Source: Diplonema japonicum (lineage: Eukaryota; Protista; Euglenozoa: Diplonemea). Taken from it: DNA of 64,000 nt. Within the stretch, counting starts at the first letter, position 1; every line of letters starts with the position of its first letter. Made by a program: the position numbers and the translations under genes. The notes beneath the pieces are model-generated. The model saw nothing but the letters and a program-made list of their open reading frames with translations, was not told where the DNA came from and searched no databases. Shown piece by piece: positions 34,740 to 45,148 of the stretch. The stretch lies in NCBI GenBank assembly GCA_964019335.1, contig OZ025730.1, positions 368,612 through 432,611 of the forward strand, written 5' to 3'.

Positions 34740-36377
34740 TCAGCGGGACCCCTTCAATTGGCAGGGGCGGGGGCCGGGCCCACAGAGGCTGCCCGTCCAC
34801 GGCCGGCCCCGTTGGGGGAAGCAGAGTCGCCAGCCAGCGACTGGGCGCGTCCCCTTCCGCCCCCTTGCTCCGTCGATGTCGAACGAGACGGGAGCCGAAG
34901 AGCCATGTCCTGGCCTTGGGGGGCGGGGCGTCGGCGACGATGAAGAACACGAGTTGCCTCGTGCCCTGGAAAACGCCGTGTCAGAGCGTCGGATGATGGA
35001 CGACGGCTTCCAACCGATGTGGTCCATCATCCCGTCGAAGGCTGCCCTGGTAACAGACAGCGGGGCTCCGGTGAGCAGGTACCGTCGCTTTGTCCTCTGC
35101 TTGGCGAGGGCCTCCCTCAGACGCTGCTCCGTCTCCGGCAGGCACCTCACGGTCCAACCCTTGCGATGGGCCACCCCCAGGGACAACCCGCCCAGTGCCT
35201 TCGCCAGCTGGAAGGCCTCCGCCCTCCCCTCCGCTACGATGGGCACGTAGGTGTACCCCCCGCGCCGCTCGGTCGTCCTGACCATGCAGCCGTCGCCCGA
35301 GGCCCGGAGTACCGCATGGACGGATGCCGCCGGGAGCCGCAGGCCCACCTCGTGGCTCCAGTGACGCGCCCGCGGCTCGTTCCCGTCGATCTTCTTCGGG
35401 CGGAAGATCGCCTGCTCCTCCACCGCCACGCCCTGGGTCGCGACGAGGTCCCGAACCCTGGCCTTCGCCGCGTTCACGCTGTCAGCTTTCACGCTGACGT
35501 ACACTACCTCAGAGCCGCCATCGAAAGAAGCGAGTGGGGTGTAGGAGGGGGGGTTCGACCCGACCGAGAAGGTGTGCACGGCCTTGTGCACGACACGCTG
35601 GCCGGCGAGCACGATGACGGTGCATGGGGTGGTCGAACCGGCAACCTCCGTCAAGAGGACGAAGGTCAGGGAGGCCGTGGGCCTCGCAGTGCGAATCGCG
35701 TCCACCTGCTGGAGGTCGTCGAGAGCGACGACGGCGCGGGGCACCTCCTCAGGGGGAGCAGTGTTGGTGTAGATGGGGGCGTCCCACGTGTCGGGGACCA
35801 GATCCCAGCGAGGCTCTGGGGCCGGTGCGGGAGCGGGGGCCGTGTTCTTCTCGTCGGTGTCAGAGTCCGACATGGGGAGGGCGGTGTCGCAGGCAGCGGC
35901 AGTAAGGACGGCAGTAGACCACACGGCAGCAGTAGGGGCTGGAGCCGGAGTAGGAGCAGTGGTGTCAGCAGTAGAGGCTGGAGCAGGCGCAGGAGCAGTG
36001 GTGTCGGCAGCAGCAGTCCTCATCCTCGCCCTCCTGACCTCTGGCGTGTCGACCGTGAACGAGGTGACAACGCCCGGCGACTCGCTAATTAAGACGACAG
36101 AGTCGTCGGAGCCCGAAGCAGCGGCGGCGGCGGCGGTGGCAGCGTCAGCAGCTGCTGCCTTCTGTCTGGCCCTTCTGGCCGCCTTCTTCCCTTGCCCGGG
36201 GGAGGGTGTCACCACCGGCGTGACCCCCTCTGCGCGCTTCCTCTCCACCTCCTCGCGCGTGCGCTTCGCCCTGGCGGCGGCGTTGTCCTTTACCCGCTCC
36301 CCGCGGGCTTTCTCCAGGATTTCCTCTGTCCTGGACTTGTGGTGCGGGGGCCTCTTCTTCTTGCTGGAGGTCGACAT
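34740..36377 (-). CDS. ORF1 (gag-like, basic and Ala/Pro-rich) of the LINE; probable frameshift near 34950
   Basis: Long GC-rich ORF starting MSTSSKKKR directly upstream of ORF2. Confidence 0.65.
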   Translation of the reverse strand: MSTSSKKKRPPHHKSRTEEILEKARGERVKDNAAARAKRTREEVERKRAEGVTPVVTPSPGQGKKAARRARQKAAAADAATAAAAAASGSDDSVVLISESPGVVTSFTVDTPEVRRARMRTAAADTTAPAPAPASTADTTAPTPAPAPTAAVWSTAVLTAAACDTALPMSDSDTDEKNTAPAPAPAPEPRWDLVPDTWDAPIYTNTAPPEEVPRAVVALDDLQQVDAIRTARPTASLTFVLLTEVAGSTTPCTVIVLAGQRVVHKAVHTFSVGSNPPSYTPLASFDGGSEVVYVSVKADSVNAAKARVRDLVATQGVAVEEQAIFRPKKIDGNEPRARHWSHEVGLRLPAASVHAVLRASGDGCMVRTTERRGGYTYVPIVAEGRAEAFQLAKALGGLSLGVAHRKGWTVRCLPETEQRLREALAKQRTKRRYLLTGAPLSVTRAAFDGMMDHIGWKPSSIIRRSDTAFSRARGNSCSSSSPTPRPPRPGHGSSAPVSFDIDGARGRKGTRPVAGWRLCFPQRGRPWTGSLCGPGPRPCQLKGSR

Positions 36378-36783
36378 GTTTCTTTTCTTTTCTTTTCTTT
36401 TCTTTCCTTTCTTTTTCTTTACAGCGAGATACACGTATATCTTCGCCGAAGCAGACACAGACGTTGTGTTTGCAATGTGGGAACTGGTAACTGCACATTC
36501 AAGGGATGTGGAAAGGCACTTGAACAGAATAAGAGTCAGGAGGAGTAGGAGAAAGAATCTTCGCTTTGAACTATGACGCTCATGAAGGAGATACTGGTGG
36601 TCTACGCGATGAGAGACCAAGGGTGGGTAATCTCCATGATCACAGAGAATGCGCCGCTGGATGATTGACGACAACGTTTTCTCGTTTTACAAAAAAAAAA
36701 AAAAAAAAAATAAGAGAGTTATTCACAACTAAAAAGTGTCTATTATTTCAAAAAAAAGAAGATATCTATAAGAAAGCTGTGTT

Positions 36784-39700
36784 TTAGTTCATGTTAAGAG
36801 GCGAGCTGCTCTTGTTGTCCCTTCTGGTGGAACCGCCAGTACTATGCAAGGGGCGTTCTGAGGAAATACCAAAGCGACCGATGACCATTTCTTCAATATA
36901 AGGAAGGACAGAGCCACCATCAAAGGCTGAGGTGATGGCCGTGCTAGTTTGCCTTTCCTTGTTACCACAAATGTAGGCCGGAATTGGTTGATCTCCAAGG
37001 ATCACTACTAGTTTGCCACTTAGGTCGCCAGTGCTCACATTGCTATACGTGGGGTACACCCCCTTCACTTCCAATTGTGTGAAGTCCTTTGAGGGCCACG
37101 ACGGAGACACCACATCTTGGAATTCAAAGATCAGTGACTCTCGTTCCCATGACCTCCCGTGTCCTAGAATTGTTCTGCACGGAGTGTCCACCCGTAGCAC
37201 CCTTGGTCTGAATGCCCCCACCTGAAACGGCATGTACGAGGTGCTTGAGTACAGCGTCTCATCGCACAGTGGGATGGATGCGCCTCGCACTGTATTTTCC
37301 AACCAAACGCGTCGGCGATGCATCTCGATATCCGTTGCTTGGATGTGTGAAACGCCTTCCTCAGCACCAGACCACGACATTCCTCCGTCTGTGAAGTCGC
37401 GTAGGTAGGCATCATCCATCCACCATTCTTGTGTGTATTGGCACCAGTTAGGTTTGTTGTAGTACTTAGGTTCCATCCCAGCTCTGCAGCGTGTCACAGA
37501 TGCATAACGCTCAACGAGAGAGGATCGGTCTTGGCCTGTGGTATTCCTTATCATGTCACGTGGAGCAAGAAAAAGGATCCCCGAAAAGTGTTCGATGTCA
37601 CCCATGTTCAAAGGTGATATGGACACCCTCAGGTTAGAACCAGTGATCACCTCTGCTGTGGCCACCACCTTCAAGGGATGCCGCCTGCCTACAGGGACGA
37701 CCCACTCGCGCTGGCACCAGTATCTAAGGAGCATAGAGGGGTAATTGCTACATTGAAAAGTCAAAGAACGGCGAGACCAAGGCCGGCCAGTGGAAGGGAC
37801 GTCAAGTGCAGCCAAGCGTTCGGTGAAACAGCGTTCCATCACATCTTCGTAAGGAGCCACGAACACAGCAGCAAGAATGCCAGCGAACAGCACGCCTAGT
37901 GTCACATACACAGCCCAGAAATAGATCAAAGCCACCCACCCCTCAGAAGGATCGGCGATTGGCGATGACAACTGCGAGTAGCTCGGCCCTATGAGAAGGG
38001 CCTGCAGGGTGGTCTGCATTGCGTTGCCCATCGTGGCATAGCCAACAATCCCCGCACCAAATAGGTAGTGCCCTGCAACCGCGAAAATCAAACCCGTGGT
38101 CATATACAGCATCCCGAACACAAGCAACGGCCCGACGGCTGTGTGCAAGACCCTCGACACAATGCGTCCCCAGTGCGAACCTGCTGACACGAACCTGAAA
38201 ACCCTCAAAATTGACAATATCAACAATAAACCACCGAAGATAAGCATGACCCTGTAAACTGCATTTGTGCCGTCTCCGTCCTTGTTGTCAAGGGTGCTGA
38301 CCCTGCTGTGCGTCCTGCTCAGGGAGTGTGTGATGAAAAGTCCGGTGAACGTAGTAGCAAAAATGTAGAACACGAGCTGGTAGACGTTCCAGGGAGACGC
38401 GGTGAAGTAACCGAAGAATGACCGTGATCGGGAGCAGATCCGGTAGTACCTAACTGTCTCAACAGCAATCTCGCAGAACGTGACGACCAGCAGCACGATC
38501 TCGAAGCCCAGCCTGAAGCTTGACCGGTTCTCATCCGAGTCATACATAACAGCCCTTCTGGTTAAAAACAGTGTCCCTCCATGATCGGGACCAAAACGGT
38601 GGTCCTGCGTAGCTAGCGGTATCACGGCACCTGCGTCTGTGATGGTAAAGACTATTCTCTGAACTGAAATAGCGTCCAGGTTTGGGTTGTAGACGAGTGA
38701 GTTTGCTTCTAAAAAGGCTGTTTGCAGAGACAGCCAGTTTGCAGCTTGCAAATCGTTGATTGCGTCGACAGCTTCAGATGAACTTTGCAGCAGCCCTGCC
38801 TGCACCCACGACCCGCTTGTCGCGTTTTCAGGTGGAACCGTGACTACAGGGAAAACAGCCGCGAAGTCGTCGCCCCTTCCTTCTTTGGGAGTGTGGAACA
38901 TTTCTGGTACATCGACAGCTTCGTACCCCGCAAAAGCAGCATTTGAAAACCTATCAGAGTCAAAACACGTCTTCCCCTCTGCCGTTCGATACACCGCAAG
39001 ATTGTTCTTTTCAGTACAGTTGCCCACCTTGAGCCTGCGCTTCTGCCTGAGGTACGGCGTTGCAGCCAACGGGTTGAGCTTAAAGACATCAGTCTTCGGG
39101 AGCTCGCGGAACAAGATGGGAGCCCAGACTTGTCTGAGCCATGTGTAGATGTCGTCTATTGAGCGGACCGAGTCAAGAGTCCTGCCTGGGGAGAACTCCA
39201 TCCCAATTAAATTTGAGGTCAGTGTGGAGTGGAGAGGGTAGGTGTTGGGGGCGTCGATCTGCAGAGTAAGGATCGTGGCGAGAAGGACGAAATGACATAA
39301 GTAATACGCAGAGAGCATAAATCCCACGCGTTTCTTCTCTTCTTGATGGATGTAATTAGCAGCGTCAGAGATGTTCAGCGTCATCTCGGGTTGTGTATTG
39401 GTGTTGTCCTGCATGGATACCACGTCTTTGGCGTAAGTGCCCCCAACTGACCCAGACCTCCCCCTGTAAGACATAGGTGGGGGTGACTCAGGGTTGTCGG
39501 CAAGTAGCCCGCAGCTGTTTATTTCCGAGAGCCACCCCGTGACCAGACCCCCTGCAAATACATTTTGCACTTCTGCGTATCTGAGTCCTTTGCCGTCTTT
39601 AGTCGTATCAATGAAGTTGTACCACCTTGAGATCCAGTGGTCAGGGTCATTTTTAAACCCGTTCTGTAGCCTTTTTGCCTTCAAAGCCAGCTCCTGCCCT

Positions 39701-40041
39701 GTCACGTCCCACCGTGAGCGGTCTTCCCAAGATTCGTCGGGTGTCGTGGCCACCTTGGGTCCTAAGTCCACCAGCGCTGATGAGAAGCATTCAATGAAGT
39801 CGGTGAGGAACCTTCCCGCGACCACGACACCCAAGGCCCTTTTGTTCTCCATGTCATATTTGTTGAAACATTTAAATAGAATCGACCGCACTTCCCCCGT
39901 CTCTATCTCTCTCCCCACTGGCCTCGTCCCTTCCAATACTCCTGATATCGCCTCCAAGGGGTCTGGGTCCACCACAGCTGTTCCGATTAATATCCCAACC
40001 AACGCGTCTACGTACTCCGTCATGAGCTGTGTGTCCGACAT
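36784..40041 (-). CDS. Polycystin-2/TRPP-like cation channel with N-terminal EF-hand-like region
   Basis: Six-TM layout, TOP-like domain (PYLRQKR, LQAANWLSLQT, LVYNPNLD) and pore-region AGHYLFG...YATMGNAMQT. Confidence 0.75.
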   Translation of the reverse strand: MSDTQLMTEYVDALVGILIGTAVVDPDPLEAISGVLEGTRPVGREIETGEVRSILFKCFNKYDMENKRALGVVVAGRFLTDFIECFSSALVDLGPKVATTPDESWEDRSRWDVTGQELALKAKRLQNGFKNDPDHWISRWYNFIDTTKDGKGLRYAEVQNVFAGGLVTGWLSEINSCGLLADNPESPPPMSYRGRSGSVGGTYAKDVVSMQDNTNTQPEMTLNISDAANYIHQEEKKRVGFMLSAYYLCHFVLLATILTLQIDAPNTYPLHSTLTSNLIGMEFSPGRTLDSVRSIDDIYTWLRQVWAPILFRELPKTDVFKLNPLAATPYLRQKRRLKVGNCTEKNNLAVYRTAEGKTCFDSDRFSNAAFAGYEAVDVPEMFHTPKEGRGDDFAAVFPVVTVPPENATSGSWVQAGLLQSSSEAVDAINDLQAANWLSLQTAFLEANSLVYNPNLDAISVQRIVFTITDAGAVIPLATQDHRFGPDHGGTLFLTRRAVMYDSDENRSSFRLGFEIVLLVVTFCEIAVETVRYYRICSRSRSFFGYFTASPWNVYQLVFYIFATTFTGLFITHSLSRTHSRVSTLDNKDGDGTNAVYRVMLIFGGLLLILSILRVFRFVSAGSHWGRIVSRVLHTAVGPLLVFGMLYMTTGLIFAVAGHYLFGAGIVGYATMGNAMQTTLQALLIGPSYSQLSSPIADPSEGWVALIYFWAVYVTLGVLFAGILAAVFVAPYEDVMERCFTERLAALDVPSTGRPWSRRSLTFQCSNYPSMLLRYWCQREWVVPVGRRHPLKVVATAEVITGSNLRVSISPLNMGDIEHFSGILFLAPRDMIRNTTGQDRSSLVERYASVTRCRAGMEPKYYNKPNWCQYTQEWWMDDAYLRDFTDGGMSWSGAEEGVSHIQATDIEMHRRRVWLENTVRGASIPLCDETLYSSTSYMPFQVGAFRPRVLRVDTPCRTILGHGRSWERESLIFEFQDVVSPSWPSKDFTQLEVKGVYPTYSNVSTGDLSGKLVVILGDQPIPAYICGNKERQTSTAITSAFDGGSVLPYIEEMVIGRFGISSERPLHSTGGSTRRDNKSSSPLNMN

Positions 40042-40414
40042 CTTACTCCCCTTTCCTATCGCAGGTGTTCAAAAGTGTTTGGGATTATAAATTTTTTGGA
40101 CATAGAAGCAGGCGAGGTGTCAGGATTCAAATGCACATCGACAGAAGAGATAGAAATGCAAGAATGGTGCCTGGCTAAAACAGTGGAGAGAGATTTCACG
40201 CCAAGGTGGGGACATCTGCGACGCTGAAACACGGTTTACAAAAAGAAAAAAGAAAAAAAGAAAGAATTAAAAAAAGACATATAAAGCGCTGGTGACATTC
40301 AGGAACTACCAGCCACAAGGTGCCTGAAATGTTGTTGAAAGGGAAAGAAGGTAGAAAGAACAAACCGGCGGTTGGCTTGTTCGGAGGCGAGCGACGAGGG
40401 AAGCACTCTAAAAA

Positions 40415-41359
40415 TCAGAGTTTCCGTTTCTTAGCAGTGCCGCCCTTCCAATTGGGGATATGCTTGCATGGATCCTCCCTGATGGTCTTCAAGGCACCCT
40501 GTACAAACGAGGCTATGGGTGACGGCAGAGCGTCAAGAGCAAACCAACCAATGGCAGAGTGCTTGTGGGGCTCCATGTTCTTGACCTCTGTTGAGTCGAC
40601 GACTGAGGCAACATAACCGATGGCCACCCAGTTAGGAGAAGGAGGGACCTGGGTGGTTACATCTAGAAGGGTAGGGTTTGTTATGGTTAAGTTGACTTCT
40701 TCTTTTATCTCTCTCGCAAGCGCAGCTTCTACGTCTTCACCAAGTTCTATCTCACCCCCTGGCCGTGCCCATGTCCCAGGCTCAGACTTTGCTGTTTCGG
40801 ATCGTTTCACAAGTAAGACCTTGCCTTCGTCGTCGAACACAAAGGCACCGCAGCCAACCCCTACGAAGTCCACCCCAGGCTTGATGCGCCGCCTTGAAGC
40901 GACTCCAGACACGCAGAGCCTCTTTGCTTCCTCCGTCAACTCTCTGATGCTGCGGCATATCTTCAAGTCGGACCTCAAATACGCCACCCTTGCTTCAAGC
41001 TCTTTGTTCGGCTCTTCGAACCCCACAACTAAATCGCCGTTTTTACCCAAGATCACCCCCAGCTCAAGTACTGAGATCTCCCCTGCCCCCTCCGATTTTG
41101 CCGGGAACCAAAAGATAGGAACGGAGCATGTTTTCGTTATCCAGTTCAGCTCCCACTTGACCTGGCCCTTTAATTGGTCTTCTGTCATTCTCTGATACGT
41201 CTCCCTGTCGAGCACAGGGTCCGCAACCTTCACCCCCGCATCTCTTAAAGCTTCTCTTACTTCCTTCCGCCAGTCCGGTGTAGTGGGGCCTGCTAGAAAC
41301 GCCATCTTGTCATCGGTTCGGTTGGACGCGGGAGGGTCCGAGAAAGGTGTGAACAACAT
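40415..41359 (-). CDS. Nucleoside-2-deoxyribosyltransferase-like and Nudix hydrolase fusion
   Basis: FLAGPT..DWR, QVKWE, FWFP and ISVLELG; Nudix box PGGEIELGEDVEAALAREIKEE; NUDT15-like VGVG and NMEPHKH. Confidence 0.8.
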   Translation of the reverse strand: MLFTPFSDPPASNRTDDKMAFLAGPTTPDWRKEVREALRDAGVKVADPVLDRETYQRMTEDQLKGQVKWELNWITKTCSVPIFWFPAKSEGAGEISVLELGVILGKNGDLVVGFEEPNKELEARVAYLRSDLKICRSIRELTEEAKRLCVSGVASRRRIKPGVDFVGVGCGAFVFDDEGKVLLVKRSETAKSEPGTWARPGGEIELGEDVEAALAREIKEEVNLTITNPTLLDVTTQVPPSPNWVAIGYVASVVDSTEVKNMEPHKHSAIGWFALDALPSPIASFVQGALKTIREDPCKHIPNWKGGTAKKRKL

Positions 41360-41560
41360 ATTCAGATCTCCTTTTTCGTGCGTATTATTCTTGCGCCGTC
41401 CACGTTGCTTGGTAATATTAGTAGACTGAAAGGGAAAGCAGAAGGCTAGTAAGGCAATAACTCCTTTCAAGGTTTCACAGAGATGTTCGGAACGCAAAAA
41501 CACGTCGCTTTTCTTCTAGTTTCTTGTGATATTTTTCCCCTCCCCTCCTCCCCCCGAAAA

Positions 41561-42232
41561 TTATTGCGCAAATTCTTTGTTGTACGCTCTGAGAGCTGAC
41601 TTATCTACAAAACATAGACAGATCGTCTTCAAGGGGGATTCTGTGCCTCGCTCTTCGATCGCCTGCTTAACTATTCTTGCTGACAATGGCACAGGGAAAG
41701 CATAGAAGCCGCAGCCAAGCAAGGGGATTCCGATAGTGGTGAAGTTGTGAGTAGTGCAGAGTGCAAAGGAGGACCTATAGCAAGCGAGCAGAGCGACGGG
41801 GTCCGGAAGAGATGTGTCAGGGTCAAGAAGAGGGGCAACTGTGTGAATGACAAACGACGCTGGGAGGTGGTAGCCTTTCGTTAAAACGGCTCGACCCACT
41901 TCACAACCGTTGTGAGTCGCACATTCACGAACTAGGTTCGACCCAGCCCTGTCGTGGATGGCCTTGTCGACCCCACCCCCGCCGAGCAGGCTCTCGTTTG
42001 CCGCGTTCACCACACAGTCAAGAGCCAGATTTGCAATGTCACTCATCACAAGAATGACTTGCACACCTCCTACGTCGACAACGGTACCCTCGCGCTTCAA
42101 CTTCTCTACGCCAGTCCCTTCTGTCTTGCTCTTCCATTCCTTTAAAGGCACTTCATAGTCAGCCTTGTCGGCATCCGTTTCAAACTTGGCAGTACGGTAC
42201 TTTTCCTTTGCCGCTTCGTAATACGAACTCAT
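41561..42232 (-). CDS. Macrodomain ADP-ribosyl hydrolase (MacroD/YmdB-like)
   Basis: VVNAANESLLGGGGVDKAIH, TKGYHLPASFVIHTVAP and GCGFYAFP. Confidence 0.9.
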   Translation of the reverse strand: MSSYYEAAKEKYRTAKFETDADKADYEVPLKEWKSKTEGTGVEKLKREGTVVDVGGVQVILVMSDIANLALDCVVNAANESLLGGGGVDKAIHDRAGSNLVRECATHNGCEVGRAVLTKGYHLPASFVIHTVAPLLDPDTSLPDPVALLACYRSSFALCTTHNFTTIGIPLLGCGFYAFPVPLSARIVKQAIEERGTESPLKTICLCFVDKSALRAYNKEFAQ

Positions 42233-42620
42233 CTTTGTTCTTTGTTCTTTGTGTATCCTTGTGTCTTGCCATTTGGGATACCGTGTATTATTAATATTGA
42301 AGAAAGAGAATAAAGTTGGAAGAAGAAAAAAAGAATCATGAAATAATACGAATAAAGGGCCGTGAGGGTTGCTGGAAAACAACCGAGAGATTCCGTACAC
42401 CGTGCAAAGGAACGACTAATGGTGACGGCGTGTAGATGTGAAGGTTCGTTTGAGCCATTACCATGTGCCGAGGCAAAGGTAAAGTGAAGAAGTCCATGCC
42501 CTTCCAACGGTCTCTTCCGCATGAGGATATCCCGAGGAGTCTAGGACTGTACCTATAACTTATTATGTGAATGTGAGTGAGACAGGAGACAGGCAAAAGC
42601 GGTTGCTGTGCCTGTTTGAA

Positions 42621-45014
42621 CTATTCTTCTTTCTCCACATCCCCTAAGGGCGCCGCGAACTCAGGTGAGTGCGGCAGCAGCAGAGGTGGGACGTCATCGC
42701 CCTCAGGTGACGACGGTAGGGAGTGAGATCCTGGACTAGCAAGTTGCTGCTCAAAACCATCAGCAGCGGGAAGCTGCACTGAGAGGAAGCTTGGGGTTCG
42801 AACAGGTCGTGGGGGAGGGGACTGCAGGTTTAAGCTGACAATACTGGCCGTCCCCGGGTACGCATTCCCGCCGAGCATGGCGACGATAGCTTGGTTCTGC
42901 TGGACCAGCGTCTCAACCTGCGCGTTGATGCTACGCGTTGTTCGCTCTAACCTCAGCACACTTTCCTCGACCCTGCGGATCCTGTCATCGGTTTCACCTC
43001 CGATCTCGGAGTGAAAAGCTCTTGATGTCGCCACCGCCGGCTGGATGGCCCTCCGAATACGAGGCAGCGCAGCTCTAGATGAGCCACCATCCGACCCCAT
43101 AGAGTCAGTGTCTGCCCTGCTGCGAGACTGATTGTCATGGGCTCTGGGGGTGCCGGGATCAGTATTACTGTTGTAACTATTGCCCAGCGTGTTGTTTGTT
43201 GGAAGCAGAGTGAGCTTCACACACCCGTCATCTTCAAAGCATTGATCCGCATGGTGTATACTCTGTGCGTGTTCACCATTCACAGACACTAAAAGCATGC
43301 CCACACGAATACCGACCCTGTCAGCAGCGCTCCCTGGTTCCACACTGTCGACATTGAGCACGCCAGTGTCAGACTCATCCCACACGATGCCTAGAAGGTC
43401 CTCTATGTCTTCTTGTTCAAGATCGAAGCAGATCCCAGCATCGTTCGTGATCTGCCTTTCTTCCATAAGCTCTTTTACTGCTGCATGAAGATCTTCGTGC
43501 TTCAAGATCATTCCGGAGAACTCTCTTCGCTTCAGCCGGAACAATTTGCAGTACGTCAGCGTCCCCACGTTCGCCGTTCTTTTATTGTCGGTTAACAGTG
43601 CCATTTCCCCAAAGAACCCCCCTGGTTTGATGATCCCCCAATGCGCGCCTTCTGAAGATGTAACCTCTGCTATTCCATGGGCTTGGAAGTACATCTCCTT
43701 TCCCTCTTCACCTGCCTTAATTATCTGGTGTTCCGGCTCCAGGATACAAACGGCTAACGCATTGGCAAGGTCTACGCGGCACATCATCGATAGCTGCTTG
43801 AACATGGGAACCATTCCGATAACCTCGATCTTTGCAAAGAGCTCTACACGTTCCTTCATGAGCTTGGGAAGGGTTTGCAGGACTTTCATTACACCGCCAC
43901 CGACATCAGAGTGCAGCTGGTGGTACTGGAAGGCAAGAACTTCATTGGCGAGCTGATCAGGGATGTGGTAGATTTCCAAAACGGAAAGGGTTTCCTTCAT
44001 CTTGTCGGCGCGGTCTGACTGCAAGTCGCCTTTTTGCATTTTGGAGGAGATTTTTGAGATAACTAAACCTTGGACCACCACACCAATGATAAACAAGACG
44101 GAAGCGAAAAGTTGTTTTCTTGTGCTGTCCACCTCGACATCACCATAACCCACCGTTGTTACTGTATACAGTGTCCAGTACAAGGCTTGCACATATGAGT
44201 AAGACGCGCTGGTGGTTCCTTTGACGCCTTCCTTGTTCAGCATCATCCAACATACTGAAATCCCGTTCACTGCCATTGCGCAATAAAACACCAGCTTCAG
44301 CATCGGTACCACTGTGAAATAGTATTTCACAGACTTTGGACGCAGCTTCACAGGAGTGACAACCTGGAACAGCTGGGGGATTGATGAGAACTTCAGGACT
44401 TTAAGATGCATGAGCGCTAGATGTGCCCAGTCTCTTTCAAGAGAGTCACTTGAGGTAACCAGCAATGTGACAATATCAAAGGGAAGGGCGGCACAGAGGT
44501 CCCTGAAGAACTCAACAGATGTGAGATAGCGAGACCTGATTTGGGGGGGATCGTCAATCAGCAAGGTTCCATCAAGAAATGCTGTTTGAAGTTTGAGAAA
44601 GATATCTGCCACGAAGACCACGGTGCAGATGATCTCGGTGATGTCGTGGGCGAGCATGCCACCTACGAGGTGCTTCCTTGTCATTGCATATTGACAGGGC
44701 ATGAACATGCCGTAGTACGAGAGACACAGCAGGATCAAGGTGTCCCAGTACCACAGTCTCATGTCATCGGGATGCAAAGACACGGACTCCATCGCTTCCT
44801 CCAGCCTTGCAAGCGTTTTGTCGGATTTCGACAACGTCTGCACTGGCTTGCTATTTACACCAAACGCCCCAGATTCATATTTTTTCGACACTCTTCTCTG
44901 GTACATCCTGCTCTCGTCGCCCTTTTCACTTGTATTGCAACTCCTATCATATGCTGGCGACCTCGGCTCGCTGCCAAGTCCATCTGAGAAAGAAAAAGAC
45001 ATTAACCGGGGCAT
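42621..45014 (-). CDS. Cyclic-nucleotide-binding K+ channel (KCNH/CNG-like) with C-terminal PDZ-like domain
   Basis: Filter TVTTVGYGD; CNBD FFGEMALL..KRTANV; PDZ-like LGIVW...VEPGSAADRVGIRVGMLLVSVNG. Confidence 0.9.
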   Translation of the reverse strand: MPRLMSFSFSDGLGSEPRSPAYDRSCNTSEKGDESRMYQRRVSKKYESGAFGVNSKPVQTLSKSDKTLARLEEAMESVSLHPDDMRLWYWDTLILLCLSYYGMFMPCQYAMTRKHLVGGMLAHDITEIICTVVFVADIFLKLQTAFLDGTLLIDDPPQIRSRYLTSVEFFRDLCAALPFDIVTLLVTSSDSLERDWAHLALMHLKVLKFSSIPQLFQVVTPVKLRPKSVKYYFTVVPMLKLVFYCAMAVNGISVCWMMLNKEGVKGTTSASYSYVQALYWTLYTVTTVGYGDVEVDSTRKQLFASVLFIIGVVVQGLVISKISSKMQKGDLQSDRADKMKETLSVLEIYHIPDQLANEVLAFQYHQLHSDVGGGVMKVLQTLPKLMKERVELFAKIEVIGMVPMFKQLSMMCRVDLANALAVCILEPEHQIIKAGEEGKEMYFQAHGIAEVTSSEGAHWGIIKPGGFFGEMALLTDNKRTANVGTLTYCKLFRLKRREFSGMILKHEDLHAAVKELMEERQITNDAGICFDLEQEDIEDLLGIVWDESDTGVLNVDSVEPGSAADRVGIRVGMLLVSVNGEHAQSIHHADQCFEDDGCVKLTLLPTNNTLGNSYNSNTDPGTPRAHDNQSRSRADTDSMGSDGGSSRAALPRIRRAIQPAVATSRAFHSEIGGETDDRIRRVEESVLRLERTTRSINAQVETLVQQNQAIVAMLGGNAYPGTASIVSLNLQSPPPRPVRTPSFLSVQLPAADGFEQQLASPGSHSLPSSPEGDDVPPLLLPHSPEFAAPLGDVEKEE

Positions 45015-45148
45015 GGTCGCAGGGCATGTGTTAGTTGTGTGGCTATTTCCCTATCTTTTCTGTTTTACATGTTGCTCATGATACGACGCAGGTGTCACGA
45101 AAAGGTGCTTTTTCTTGTTTGTTTGGAAAAACAAAGCCAATTGCCCTC

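Larger units (their letters stand above)
29734..36420 (-). mobile_element. Near-full-length non-LTR retrotransposon (ingi/I-group-like): ORF1, 2A-like motif, APE, RT, RNase H, CCHC finger, long 3' UTR, poly(A)
   Basis: APE motifs VLSWNCNGL, IQETHL, AGDFNAHH and GSDHSP; RT motifs QAGFR, GVPQGSVLGP, YADD and KYLGV; RNase H motifs YTDGS and FVPSHCGVPGNEAAD. The 5' boundary is uncertain. Confidence 0.92.

Noticed and set aside
36420-36690. Possible U6/U3 snRNA (ACAGAGA, TGAACAGAAT), Pr77/HDV ribozyme, or 5' TSD of the LINE
   Set aside because: Other conserved snRNA or ribozyme elements are missing, and only 6 nt (gctgta) match the expected target duplication.
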